A stretch of 64,000 bases of DNA from Candidatus Melainabacteria bacterium 17Bon1m (GTDB lineage Bacteria > Cyanobacteriota > Vampirovibrionia > Obscuribacterales > Obscuribacteraceae), in NCBI GenBank assembly GCA_032128875.1, contig JAVLKG010000005.1:160001-224000 (forward strand). Direction: 5' to 3'. The notes beneath the pieces were generated by a model. That model was given only the letters and a program-made list of their open reading frames with translations. It ran no database searches and had not been told where the DNA came from. This document shows, in pieces, positions 38,558-47,689 of this stretch; position 1 is the first letter of the stretch; the number at the start of each line of letters is the position of its first letter. Position numbers and translations under genes: made by a program.

Positions 38558-39221
38558 ATGCGTTTCTTCCTCCGAGAAAGCTCTCCGGCTGCAATTGCCT
38601 TCGAGGTTCTCTCTTGTGTTGCCTTCGTCATGAATCAAAGGCGGGGTTGAAGCGCCAAAGCCCAGTTGCAGGATTTCAATCCGCGCAGGGCAATGCCACC
38701 GCTCTGGTTTTTCTCAGCGGAGGCATGGGCGAATAAGCACGAAGCGACCAAGCACGATTGCTTGCGCCGCCATGGTTAGACTCGTCGTCAATCGTTTCGC
38801 TAAGCGTCAATCCAAACTTCCGTAACAAGTGCAAATTCGACAAGCTGTTTGCCTGTCGTTAAAGAGCGCTGGTTTGGGTGGAAATAGGGCTGGAAGTGGG
38901 CTGAAGCTCAGAAAGAACGAGAGAGAGATGAGTACGAATAACCTAACAACAGAACCTCTCCATGCCTAACGAGATCCTTCAAATCCCGCTTATCCAGGGG
39001 ATAAAGGAAAGGTTAAGACTCCTACGCTCGCGAGAAAATTGGAGGTTTGTGCAAATCCGAAGCCGCACATCTGGAGCGGGACTTCGGCGCTGTCTCCAGT
39101 TGGCTGCAAGAGCCCTGAGGTTAGCGCGAAGTGCCCGCCCCTGTGCGTCTATTAATCTCAGGCGATGCTCGTTTTGCTAGCGCAACTACGCTTCACAAAC
39201 TTTACGAAGCACCACCGGCGG

Positions 39222-40337
39222 TTACGATTTTCCTTCACTCGACTCGGGTTCGCCTGTGGCTGCAGGACCCGTAGCCGCCGGGCTGGACGCGCCCAACTGG
39301 TCAGTGCACGGGCAATAGCCGGAAGTGTGCACGACGACGCGATCGTGGCAGTGAGCCGGATCACGCATTGCCGTGATTTTCTTGAGCAGCTTTTCGGCTG
39401 CCTTCGAATTGCCGGCGTCATACGGGTTCAGATCCAGGTGCATGCGCACCCAGTACTGGTTGGTGTGGGTGACCGGCCAGCGGCTCGGCAGTTTCAGCTC
39501 GGCCGGGATGTGCTCGGCAGGAATGTTCTGCAGAGCGGCGAGCCAGGCTTCTTGAGAGCGAGTAAGCGGACGTGCCTTCTTTCCGTCTTCGGCTTTACGC
39601 GCAATGAACGCGTTCAAGCCCTCGCGAATCCCCTCGTACGCCAGCTCATGCTCGCCGTAGGTGAAGTTGTAGCCGAGCGTTTTGAAAAAACGCGCCACGT
39701 TGTACCAGCTGGGCACGGCGTCGATGCGATGGTAGCCGATTTCCTTGAGCAGCTTTGCTGCTTGGCGGACGAAGTGCACAGGCACTGCCGACATCGGTCG
39801 AGCCATTTGCCAGGGCGCGCGGCCCAGGAAGAAAGCCTGCGACCAGAGCGACATGTAGGTGTCGCGGTCGTATTGACGCCAGGCATAGAAGTCCGGGTCG
39901 GAGATGAAGTGTCCGACGGAATCTTCGACATCCAGTCCGTCGAGATATGTGGCAGGATCCCAGGAGTAGATGGAGAGCTCGGCGGCCAGAAAGCCTTCAG
40001 GCAAGCGGTTGCAGGCGGGATCGGTGTTGGGGAAGAAGGTCAGAGGAGACGATTGGTCGGTGCCGTCCAGTTGCCGATCGCGTAGAGCGCAGCGGAGAAT
40101 CGGCTTCTCGCTTTGCCAGCCTTCGATCAGAATGCGGATGCCGTCGTTGCGCACAAGAATGCGTCCCTTGTCGGTGACGTATTCATGCGACCGGACGCCA
40201 TCAGCATCTGTGACGGTTGCTTTGGCATCTTTCAGCGACAGTCCAATCAGAGAAAATACAGATGAGTGCACCAAACGGCTCAGAAGTTCCTCGCTAGGAA
40301 CTTGAGCCAGCTTGCTGCTCAGTTTTGTTTTCGACAT
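39222..40337 (-). CDS. Hypothetical protein, possible GNAT-like fold
   Basis: 371 aa, high GC3; IGYHRIDAVPSWYNVARFFKTLGY resembles GNAT motif B; C-terminal HCH..H..YCPC. Confidence 0.65.
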   Translation of the reverse strand: MSKTKLSSKLAQVPSEELLSRLVHSSVFSLIGLSLKDAKATVTDADGVRSHEYVTDKGRILVRNDGIRILIEGWQSEKPILRCALRDRQLDGTDQSSPLTFFPNTDPACNRLPEGFLAAELSIYSWDPATYLDGLDVEDSVGHFISDPDFYAWRQYDRDTYMSLWSQAFFLGRAPWQMARPMSAVPVHFVRQAAKLLKEIGYHRIDAVPSWYNVARFFKTLGYNFTYGEHELAYEGIREGLNAFIARKAEDGKKARPLTRSQEAWLAALQNIPAEHIPAELKLPSRWPVTHTNQYWVRMHLDLNPYDAGNSKAAEKLLKKITAMRDPAHCHDRVVVHTSGYCPCTDQLGASSPAATGPAATGEPESSEGKS

Positions 40338-41182
40338 CTTTCATGCCTCAGGTAGAGACCGTCAACCAGGTGGAAAACCTGGTCAGGTGATTGTTTAACA
40401 GGGGCAGCAAGAGAAATGGGGAAGTGAAGGAAGGACTCAAAAAGTGAGAAGGAATGAAGTGTGCTTGTACCTAACAAGTCCACTGATTCGTCATCAAGAA
40501 GCTAAGAGAAACCTAACTGGCCATAGCTTTAGACCTCTGCCCGGTCTTGAAAACTTTGTGAAAGCTGAAAACCTTTGCCCCAATTCCGATTGCGACAAAG
40601 TCTCGAAGATCCTCTTGGTTTCTGGCTCGCGGTGCTTGCGACACTCGCGCTAGTTATCAAGCGAATCTCTGTTTTCTTTCATCTTCGATTTGGTAAAGAG
40701 TCCCCTGAAAACCCTGTCTAGGCAAGGGTTTTCAAGTCCAGATCTGAAAAGCATGACGGGCCGGGCTTCGTCAGTTAAGTTCACCTTCAGACATATATCT
40801 TGCTTGTATTCATGAGCTTTCTCTAGATTAACTACGCATATTTGTTTTCTCTCTCGCTTAAAGAACCCCAAGTTCCAAAACCCAACCATCATCTGCTTTA
40901 GCTGTTTTCTTCACACCTAACTTCGTTAGGAGTAGTGTGTCGGGAGCAGCATTACTGGTGGTGGCATGGCGAGAAGAACAAGCTGCAGCTTGTAGCGTGT
41001 GTTGATATGACTGTCTCGATGTGCGCACGCCGAGATAGCCTCCGTAACGCAGAATGCGGAGCGGCATCGACACACAAAGCAATCGATCGATTCTTAGTTT
41101 TAGCGACCCAAGCGTTGTTATGAGTGTGCGCTCATCGCAACGCCGCAAGTCGCGTGCCAGTTCTACTGGAGGACCAACAACT

Positions 41183-41755
41183 ATGAAAGCTAGCTTCGTA
41201 GTAAATCCCGCTCTGAAGGGAGCAGCCGGTGTCGAATCCGTCGAGACCGATGTGCTTCTTCTCTGCACTGTTGCAGGAACTGAACTCGGTCCTACCACTC
41301 GTGCCGTCGATCAGAGTCTGAACGGGCTGATCACCCGCAAGCTTCAGACGAAGAAGAACGGTTTCACGGGAGAAGTCGGCCAGCTCATCAGCATCGCTCC
41401 GAAAGGGGCTCCGGCGAAGCGCATCAGCATCGTCGGTCTGGGTGAGATGGGGACTCTTCAGCCACGCAATCTCTGCAAGGCAATCCACACGACCGTCGAG
41501 GATGCGCTCAAGCGCAATGCATCTCGGCTTTCCATTCCCGTCGCCGCCAACAGCATGAGCCAGATCAAGCTCAAAGGCCAGGCCAAGATCATCCGTGAGG
41601 TGGTCGAATCGCTCCTGGCTTCGGCTGCCCACCGCGACAAGGAAGGGGAATTCGAGGTCGAACTGCTCTGCACTCCGCAAGCCGCACATCTGATTCAGCA
41701 AGGACTCGACATCGAGCCCAATCTGGACAGCGTGTGCTGCCTGGACGACGAGTAA
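41183..41755 (+). CDS. Stand-alone M17 leucyl aminopeptidase N-terminal (macro-like) domain protein
   Basis: ETDVLLL..VDQSLNGLI..FTGEVGQ..PAKRISIVGLG pattern; stops after about 190 aa with no catalytic domain; GGAGG RBS. Confidence 0.75.
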   Translation: MKASFVVNPALKGAAGVESVETDVLLLCTVAGTELGPTTRAVDQSLNGLITRKLQTKKNGFTGEVGQLISIAPKGAPAKRISIVGLGEMGTLQPRNLCKAIHTTVEDALKRNASRLSIPVAANSMSQIKLKGQAKIIREVVESLLASAAHRDKEGEFEVELLCTPQAAHLIQQGLDIEPNLDSVCCLDDE

Positions 41756-42073
41756 CAAGACGGCGACAAGGATTGTCTAACCGCAGGTTGCCACTGAAGT
41801 AACCGAGTTAAACTGCAAATCGCAGAATCGCTGTAAGTGAACGAAGGGCGGGGTTCGGTGAAAGGCGCGACCTAGATTGGTCTGCGGCCGCATCGGACCC
41901 CGCCTGGAGTTTGCTGAAGCAAACATCTTTTGCGCTGTATGAGCCTCCAAAACTCATACATGCGCATTTTGTTTTTGCGATTTTAATACTAAAGCACGTA
42001 GTACGATCTTCGTTTTCTGAGAGTATCAGCTGTTCTTGAGCTTGTATGCACATTCGATTTCGGTCTGAGTATT

Positions 42074-42514
42074 TTACTTGCCGACGGTTTCGGCGAGGCT
42101 TTTTCTGCATGGGTCGTACCGTCTGAGTGGTTGCTCTGGTGCGTCGAGATACATTTCTGCGGCGTGTCGACGTTGAATGCTGGCGTTTCGCGCACCGCTG
42201 CCGACGAGTGCTCGCACGATAAACAGTGCAATTAGAGGCAAGCCGACACAGGCTCCTGCAATGCTGAAAAACATGCTCAGCACGCCCATCATGCATCCAT
42301 CACTTTCTGACGGTTTACTGTCATCAAATGATGTAGAGACGCCGGACAAGTAGTCGTAATCAACGTTTTGATATGAGTTGGTCGTTGATTCTTGTTGCGA
42401 TTCTACTAAGTACTACTGCGCCTGTGCTGGCTGCGATGCGGATATAGAGAGGCAAGAGAGAGCGGCAATAAAAACTAGCACGTATGCAAATTTCGGCAAA
42501 CGGATGTTGCGCAT
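42074..42514 (-). pseudogene. Signal-peptide plus TM protein interrupted by in-frame TAG at 42413-42415
   Basis: GAGGA RBS, then MRNIRLPKFAYVLVFIAALSCLSISASQPAQAQ*YLVESQ..., continuing in frame into ORF 42074-42349. Confidence 0.65.
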
Positions 42515-43124
42515 TCAGTCCTCGCAAGGGAATGTGATGACGGGAAGATATTTCTGATGGGCGTACTTTATGTTGCAGCAGGACGCGTGGCAGCCGTGTG
42601 ACACAATCCTAAACGTGGTTATCGGAAATCGACGCAACGAAATGTCTTGTTCTTTAAATATGCGATGCGTGTTCGCTAACTAGGAAAAGCTAGCGCGAAG
42701 CTCATTAAAAGCCGGTTGAGGTCGGTTTATTGCCGGGCAAGTAATCAATGCGCATATAAAGATCAAACTATAACTTCGCGCTAGGGTTTAGGTTTTCTTA
42801 GTGACACAAAACGATGGAATTAGAGCTATGGAATGGTTTTCTGGCTCTTCAGTTTCATAAGGTAAAAGCGTCTTTTTCATTTTCTTGTCCTAAGGAAACC
42901 TCGAACTCAGCAGCTCTTTCAGCCAATCGCATACGCAATCTTCCGGCTTTTAGTGCTGTTGTCTTCGTGTCGAAAAAGACTTTCTGCGACTCTCTGCATA
43001 TGACTTGACGAGGACATTCCATCCTCTATCTTGCCCGCACAGAGCCGCTCACCGCGCTGGTGCCACCGAGCCTGCCTGGACTCAGGTGCCCGTGCTAACA
43101 AACAACCAGGTAAGGAAAATTTCA

Positions 43125-43940
43125 ATGACTAACAAGACCAGCCACCCGACCTTCAAAGCAAGCTCCAGCCAGAGCGAGCTGCCCGTCTACAAGCACTCTG
43201 ATGCTGCCGAGTTCATCCGAATCGAGGACTTCGACCTCTTCGAGATGACGCTCTGGCACCAGGGTGCTGCTCGCGATCAAGCCAACGCCAAGGCGGAAGA
43301 GCTGCGTCGCAACGGCGTCATGTCGCTGCGCAACAGCCCCCATGCCGATGCCGCTGCGAAGTGCCGCATTCACTTCGAGACCCTGCAGCAGGCATTCGAT
43401 TGCCTCCAGTCGCTCAAGGAGCAAGAGAAGCTCGCTCGCCAAAACCGTGGTCAGGCCAAAGGGCGCTTGATTCCCGGCTGGCAAGACTTTGTCGCAAATG
43501 CCGGCAAGGGCTCCAGCAAGAAGGTCGATCCGGCGCACTCCGATACCACGCGCTCCAGCCTGGAGCGTCTGCACAGCTACAAGGTGGCGTCAACCGGCTG
43601 TGATGTGATCGCGATGATGCAGCGTCCGGCCTGGCAGCGCCTCAACCTGGCGCAGAAGGAACTGTCCCGTCGCCTTTATCTCATTCACAACACGACGCTG
43701 AAGGAGATGGCGATGAACAACATTCTGTGCGCGCGCCAGCTCCTGCTCAGCAAGGAGTCCGCGAACACCGACGCGACCGAGCAGCGCGAGAGCTCGACGC
43801 TTTCGTGCGCAACGCAGTTCTTGATCAGCGATCAGTGGGATGCCGATGAGTCCGGCGAAAAGCTGCGCGGTGGCGACTCGGCACATGCCGAAGAGCGCTC
43901 CGTCGGCTGGGGCAACATGCCTTCGCCCGTGGACTACTAA
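43125..43940 (+). CDS. Hypothetical helical protein
   Basis: Start MTNKTSH after an AAGGA RBS; high GC3; followed by a terminator. Confidence 0.7.
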   Translation: MTNKTSHPTFKASSSQSELPVYKHSDAAEFIRIEDFDLFEMTLWHQGAARDQANAKAEELRRNGVMSLRNSPHADAAAKCRIHFETLQQAFDCLQSLKEQEKLARQNRGQAKGRLIPGWQDFVANAGKGSSKKVDPAHSDTTRSSLERLHSYKVASTGCDVIAMMQRPAWQRLNLAQKELSRRLYLIHNTTLKEMAMNNILCARQLLLSKESANTDATEQRESSTLSCATQFLISDQWDADESGEKLRGGDSAHAEERSVGWGNMPSPVDY

Positions 43941-43990
43941 GAGGTAGTTCGCTGAACAACAGCGTTTTGCTGTCGTAAAGTGACTTGAAG

Positions 43991-44039
43991 GTACGGGAGG
44001 TCGGCTTCACAACCGACTTCCCGTATCCTTCTTTCTTTC
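43991..44039 (+). terminator. Intrinsic terminator
   Basis: GTACGGGAGGTCGG-loop-CCGACTTCCCGTAT followed by a pyrimidine/U tract. Confidence 0.65.
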
Positions 44040-44234
44040 GAATTTATTACTAAATAAACTAGTAGAAAATTTTGGAAAAAACAAAGGAGGGAAGACCGGC
44101 TGCTCATCTGACATGAAGCCACCTGGGCGGTGCGACGAATTGGAGTATTCGTACACACCGCCCGGCAGCAAGATGGTGACCTGTCGAGCTTCATTCGGCT
44201 CGACAGGCAAGTCACCTATGAACGCGAACCTGGC

Positions 44235-44675
44235 TTACTGAGCCAGGTTGAACATGACCACGCTGAACGCCACCTGTCCGGCGATCGCCAGAACGGTGAT
44301 GAGCAGCGCGGCGCCGATGGTGGCACCGAAGGACTTCACTGCGAGCGACTTCTTCATCACCTTGGACGCGCCCCAGATGGACAGCGCCAGGGTGAGGATG
44401 TCGGCGGCCATGAAGCTGAGCTCGTAGGTGGCAGCGGTTGCGAAGCCGCGACCGAGGATGCCGACCAGCGCGACGGCCCAGAACTGGGCTGCGATGTTCA
44501 GCGCGATGCTCAGAGCGCCGTAAACGGCGGTGATGCCGAGGACGGCGACGCTGCGCCAGACGAACGGCTTGTTCTCGCTGGCGGCGAATGCCACGTTGCC
44601 TGACGTGAGCCAGGGCGAGGCATAACGAAGTCCCACCGCTGTTGCGATGGCATAGATAATCAGGCTTGCAAGCAT
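44235..44675 (-). CDS. Membrane protein with 4-5 TM helices
   Basis: Hydrophobic helices; last gene of the patatin cluster. Confidence 0.7.
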   Translation of the reverse strand: MLASLIIYAIATAVGLRYASPWLTSGNVAFAASENKPFVWRSVAVLGITAVYGALSIALNIAAQFWAVALVGILGRGFATAATYELSFMAADILTLALSIWGASKVMKKSLAVKSFGATIGAALLITVLAIAGQVAFSVVMFNLAQ

Positions 44676-44743
44676 GATTTTCACTCTCAGGTTAGGTTGA
44701 GAGCGCGGCGTCATTGCCGCGCTCCTGCGTGACGGTGTTCCGT

Positions 44744-45028
44744 CTACGCTTCGTCGTGAATCACTCCTTCGTCCTCGTCGTCGTCGTAGAGCTCATCTTC
44801 GTTGGACTGCGCACGCGACGCGTCCGAGAAGTTGAAGTCAAAACGCGGGCCGAAGTCTCCGAGACCATGCTCGGCGACGATCATCTGGGCGAATTCCATC
44901 AGGTCCTGGCGCTCGTCCACCGGAAGCGAGTCGAGCGGATGGATGATGGTCATCGCCAGCGGACCGTTGCGGCGCACCGGCTGGAAGATGCCGTACTTGG
45001 CGAGGAGGAGTGTGTCAACGCGAGCCAT
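44744..45028 (-). CDS. Small acidic hypothetical protein
   Basis: 94 aa with acidic tail; AAGGG RBS. Confidence 0.6.
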   Translation of the reverse strand: MARVDTLLLAKYGIFQPVRRNGPLAMTIIHPLDSLPVDERQDLMEFAQMIVAEHGLGDFGPRFDFNFSDASRAQSNEDELYDDDEDEGVIHDEA

Positions 45029-45115
45029 CTAAATTCCCTTTCTTGACGAAGACCAAGTCCGACGAACCGAATGTTTTGCACCCGGGTCGTACTTTCGCGT
45101 GCAGCAGCGTTGCGT

Positions 45116-45367
45116 TTAGCTTTGCTGCTGAGAGTCTTCTGAAACTGCACCGGCGGTGTCGAGCGTGTCGAGATGGTTTTCGACGCGCTCGCCACCTTCG
45201 AGTGCAATTTGCAATGCCACGAACTGAGGCGGTGAGCTGTTCAGAACGTGGGACGGAATGCCGAGTCCGAGCGTGTCGACCAAGGAAGTCAACTCACTCT
45301 GCGGCTCGGCAACGCCGTCACGATGGGCGAAGGAGAGGATTCGTTTTTGTAGTTGCAGTGACTTCAT
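45116..45367 (-). CDS. Small hypothetical protein
   Basis: 83 aa; AAGGAG RBS immediately after the patatin stop. Confidence 0.6.
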   Translation of the reverse strand: MKSLQLQKRILSFAHRDGVAEPQSELTSLVDTLGLGIPSHVLNSSPPQFVALQIALEGGERVENHLDTLDTAGAVSEDSQQQS

Positions 45368-45387
45368 TCTTGTTCGTCTCCTTCGTG

Positions 45388-46242
45388 TTAGTCCGCAGTC
45401 GCTGCGCTTTCGCTACCGCTTTCGGCAGAGCCTTCCAGCTTGCCGTCGGCAATCGCCTTGCGCAGCACCTGCATGCCGTGCTTGTATCCCTGCTCGTACA
45501 TCCACATGCAGCGCTTCGTGCTCAGATTGAACGCGAGCCCGCAGATGTCGTCCGCCTCGTGCGCGACGAGCACATGGCGTTCTTCGTCGACCTTGGTGGG
45601 CTGGTGCACCACCGGAAGATAGACTTCGCGCCACTGGAAGTAGGCAGAGATGGGGTCTTGCAGCTCGAGGCTGAGCCGCGTAGCAAAACCGAGCGCCGAG
45701 ATGATGGCGGTCGTCTTGCAGAACTCATCGGGGTTGCGGTGGTAAGCCGCGCCGTCGATGAGCATTTTGTCGTCGAAGTGCACCGGCAGAAACACGCCGG
45801 GCAGAGCACCGGAAGCGCTCAAGGCGAGGTGCAGCTTGTAGCTGGTGCCCTCGAACAGCACTGCCTTCTTTGTGCGCGCGTCGCAAGCGACAATGCGCAG
45901 CCGGTCGTTGGGCATCAAACCGAGATGCTCAACGGTTTCTTCCCATGGCTTCTCGAGGCTCAGGAAGCTCATTCCGACCAGGAAGCTCTTCATGTCCGGC
46001 ACCGTGACGGCGCTGGCCAGAAGAAGAGGGTTGCCTGATTTTTCATGAGCTTCCAAGAAGAGCTTCAGAATCTGGTCGGAGTTCATGCCGTTCGTGAAGA
46101 AGGTGGCGATAATCGCACCCACACTCACGCCCGTCACTTTGTCGACCTTGATACCGAGCTCTTCAACAGCCTTGAGCAGACCGATGTGGAAGTAGCCCTT
46201 GACGCCGCCGGCGCCAAAGACCAATTCGACAGATTTGGTCAT
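45388..46242 (-). CDS. Patatin-like phospholipase
   Basis: GAGGVKG glycine loop, GVSVG nucleophile, ASGALPG, IDGA. Confidence 0.9.
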   Translation of the reverse strand: MTKSVELVFGAGGVKGYFHIGLLKAVEELGIKVDKVTGVSVGAIIATFFTNGMNSDQILKLFLEAHEKSGNPLLLASAVTVPDMKSFLVGMSFLSLEKPWEETVEHLGLMPNDRLRIVACDARTKKAVLFEGTSYKLHLALSASGALPGVFLPVHFDDKMLIDGAAYHRNPDEFCKTTAIISALGFATRLSLELQDPISAYFQWREVYLPVVHQPTKVDEERHVLVAHEADDICGLAFNLSTKRCMWMYEQGYKHGMQVLRKAIADGKLEGSAESGSESAATAD

Positions 46243-46905
46243 GACATAGCTCCTGAATACATGCTCGCCGCACTGTCCTCACGGGGGTTCAGTAGCGCGC
46301 GAACGGGTTGCAGATTTCGGCAACATCCGGAGGAAACCGGAATCACCGTAACGATTTCCTCCGTTGGACCGCATTAGATGCGACCCTACACAACGCAGCT
46401 CTTGCGAGTTTGCGCTATGCAATCGACCAAATTCGGCAGCTTCCCAACGACACGTGAATGCCGTTCATCTCTCTGAAGTTGGTGAAGGAAGTAGCCTTTT
46501 GGTCTGATCTGAAGTCTTTTGTTGAGGGGAAATTGAGAGATACTTATGTGGTACTAGAGCTGAAAGACTAAAGCCTATAAAGTCATGTAAAGTCGTGCTC
46601 TTTACATGTCATTACAAGCTTCATATAGGAAGCCTTTTGGGGCTTTTCTAGGAGACAGGCGCCCGAGATCAAATCGCTTTTCTTGGAGGATGCATTTTTC
46701 GCTCGTTTTTCCGGTTAAAAACGACCCTTAATTCTCAACGTAAATCAGTTCGCTCTTGTGCGCTAGTCTCTAATGTAGAGATTGCACAGTCATGCACAGC
46801 GATAGTGTTCTCGAATACACGGCAAATTAGGCGACACAAGATTCCTTAGCGCGAGTGACGAGAAACACGGACTGTTGGTACCGTATCTGATACCGATTGC
46901 CTGTT

Positions 46906-47136
46906 TCAAACTTCGTGTACTCCGGCTGGATTTAAATTGGACTTTGCCAGGCACTCAAGAACTTTCTGTTGGTTTTCCTTTTCTAAGAGCTCGAGTGACA
47001 TTCCGCAAATTGCCGAGCCTAAGCCCGGAGGGGTTGGAGTAGGTCGAGCCGCAGTTTTGGTGGTCTCATTATTTCGCAGAGCTTTCTCGGCGGCGAGCAC
47101 TTGATGCAAAGTGGGAAACGTCAGAATGGTGCGCAT
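46906..47136 (-). CDS. DUF3343-family protein (putative S/Se carrier)
   Basis: ILTFPTLHQVLAAEKAL..PTPTP..CGMSLEL pattern. Confidence 0.8.
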   Translation of the reverse strand: MRTILTFPTLHQVLAAEKALRNNETTKTAARPTPTPPGLGSAICGMSLELLEKENQQKVLECLAKSNLNPAGVHEV

Positions 47137-47311
47137 TTGAACAGTATTGTTGTCTTTGTGTAAAACCGATTCTCCCACCCCTAAAAATACGTTTCTAAGT
47201 GTTAGGTAAGAGGGAAGTAAAAAATGGGGAAAGACTAAAGACCCAAACCGGATCAGCCGTTTCGCCAAAATTTACTCTGTTATACTCGAATTAGAGAGAG
47301 GGGTCTTCAAA

Positions 47312-47515
47312 ATGCTTTATTACTTGTGTTCTCGTTGTCAATTTAGAATTCAGGCGAACAAGCACATTTGCCCCACTTGCGGCTACAAAGTTCCGGCGTC
47401 GAAGCCCGAACAGACCGAAGAGCAAGCTTCTCCGCGTGCCAACGCGTTGCTGAAAATGCTGGGTCTGGGCGAAAAGAAAGAAGCTTCGCACGAAAAACCT
47501 GCACTTGCTGAATAG
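47312..47515 (+). CDS. Small zinc-ribbon protein
   Basis: CSRC..CPTCG; GAGGGG RBS; TG-TATACT -10 box upstream. Confidence 0.7.
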   Translation: MLYYLCSRCQFRIQANKHICPTCGYKVPASKPEQTEEQASPRANALLKMLGLGEKKEASHEKPALAE

Positions 47516-47551
47516 CATGTAGTTAGCGGTGGTTGCAAAAAAAGTCTTGTG

Positions 47552-47580
47552 AGGCGGTGCATTGCATCGCCTTTTTGTTT
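47552..47580 (+). terminator. Intrinsic terminator
   Basis: AGGCGGTGC-ATT-GCATCGCCT-TTTTGTTT. Confidence 0.75.
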
Positions 47581-47689
47581 GATGCAAACGATTCGCGAGC
47601 GAGCCGCTTGTGTAGCAGGGGCGCCGCATGCCACGTAGTATTCGGGCAGCCGCATGTGGCTCCCTGACAGGGAAGCGCATGTGCTTGCC

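Noticed and set aside
45388-46242. Patatin as a CBASS CapV effector
   Set aside because: No CD-NTase or other defence gene adjacent.
13745-46570. Recurrent YTTTCAGC 8-mer in several intergenic regions
   Set aside because: Count is close to chance expectation for a degenerate 8-mer in 64 kb on both strands.
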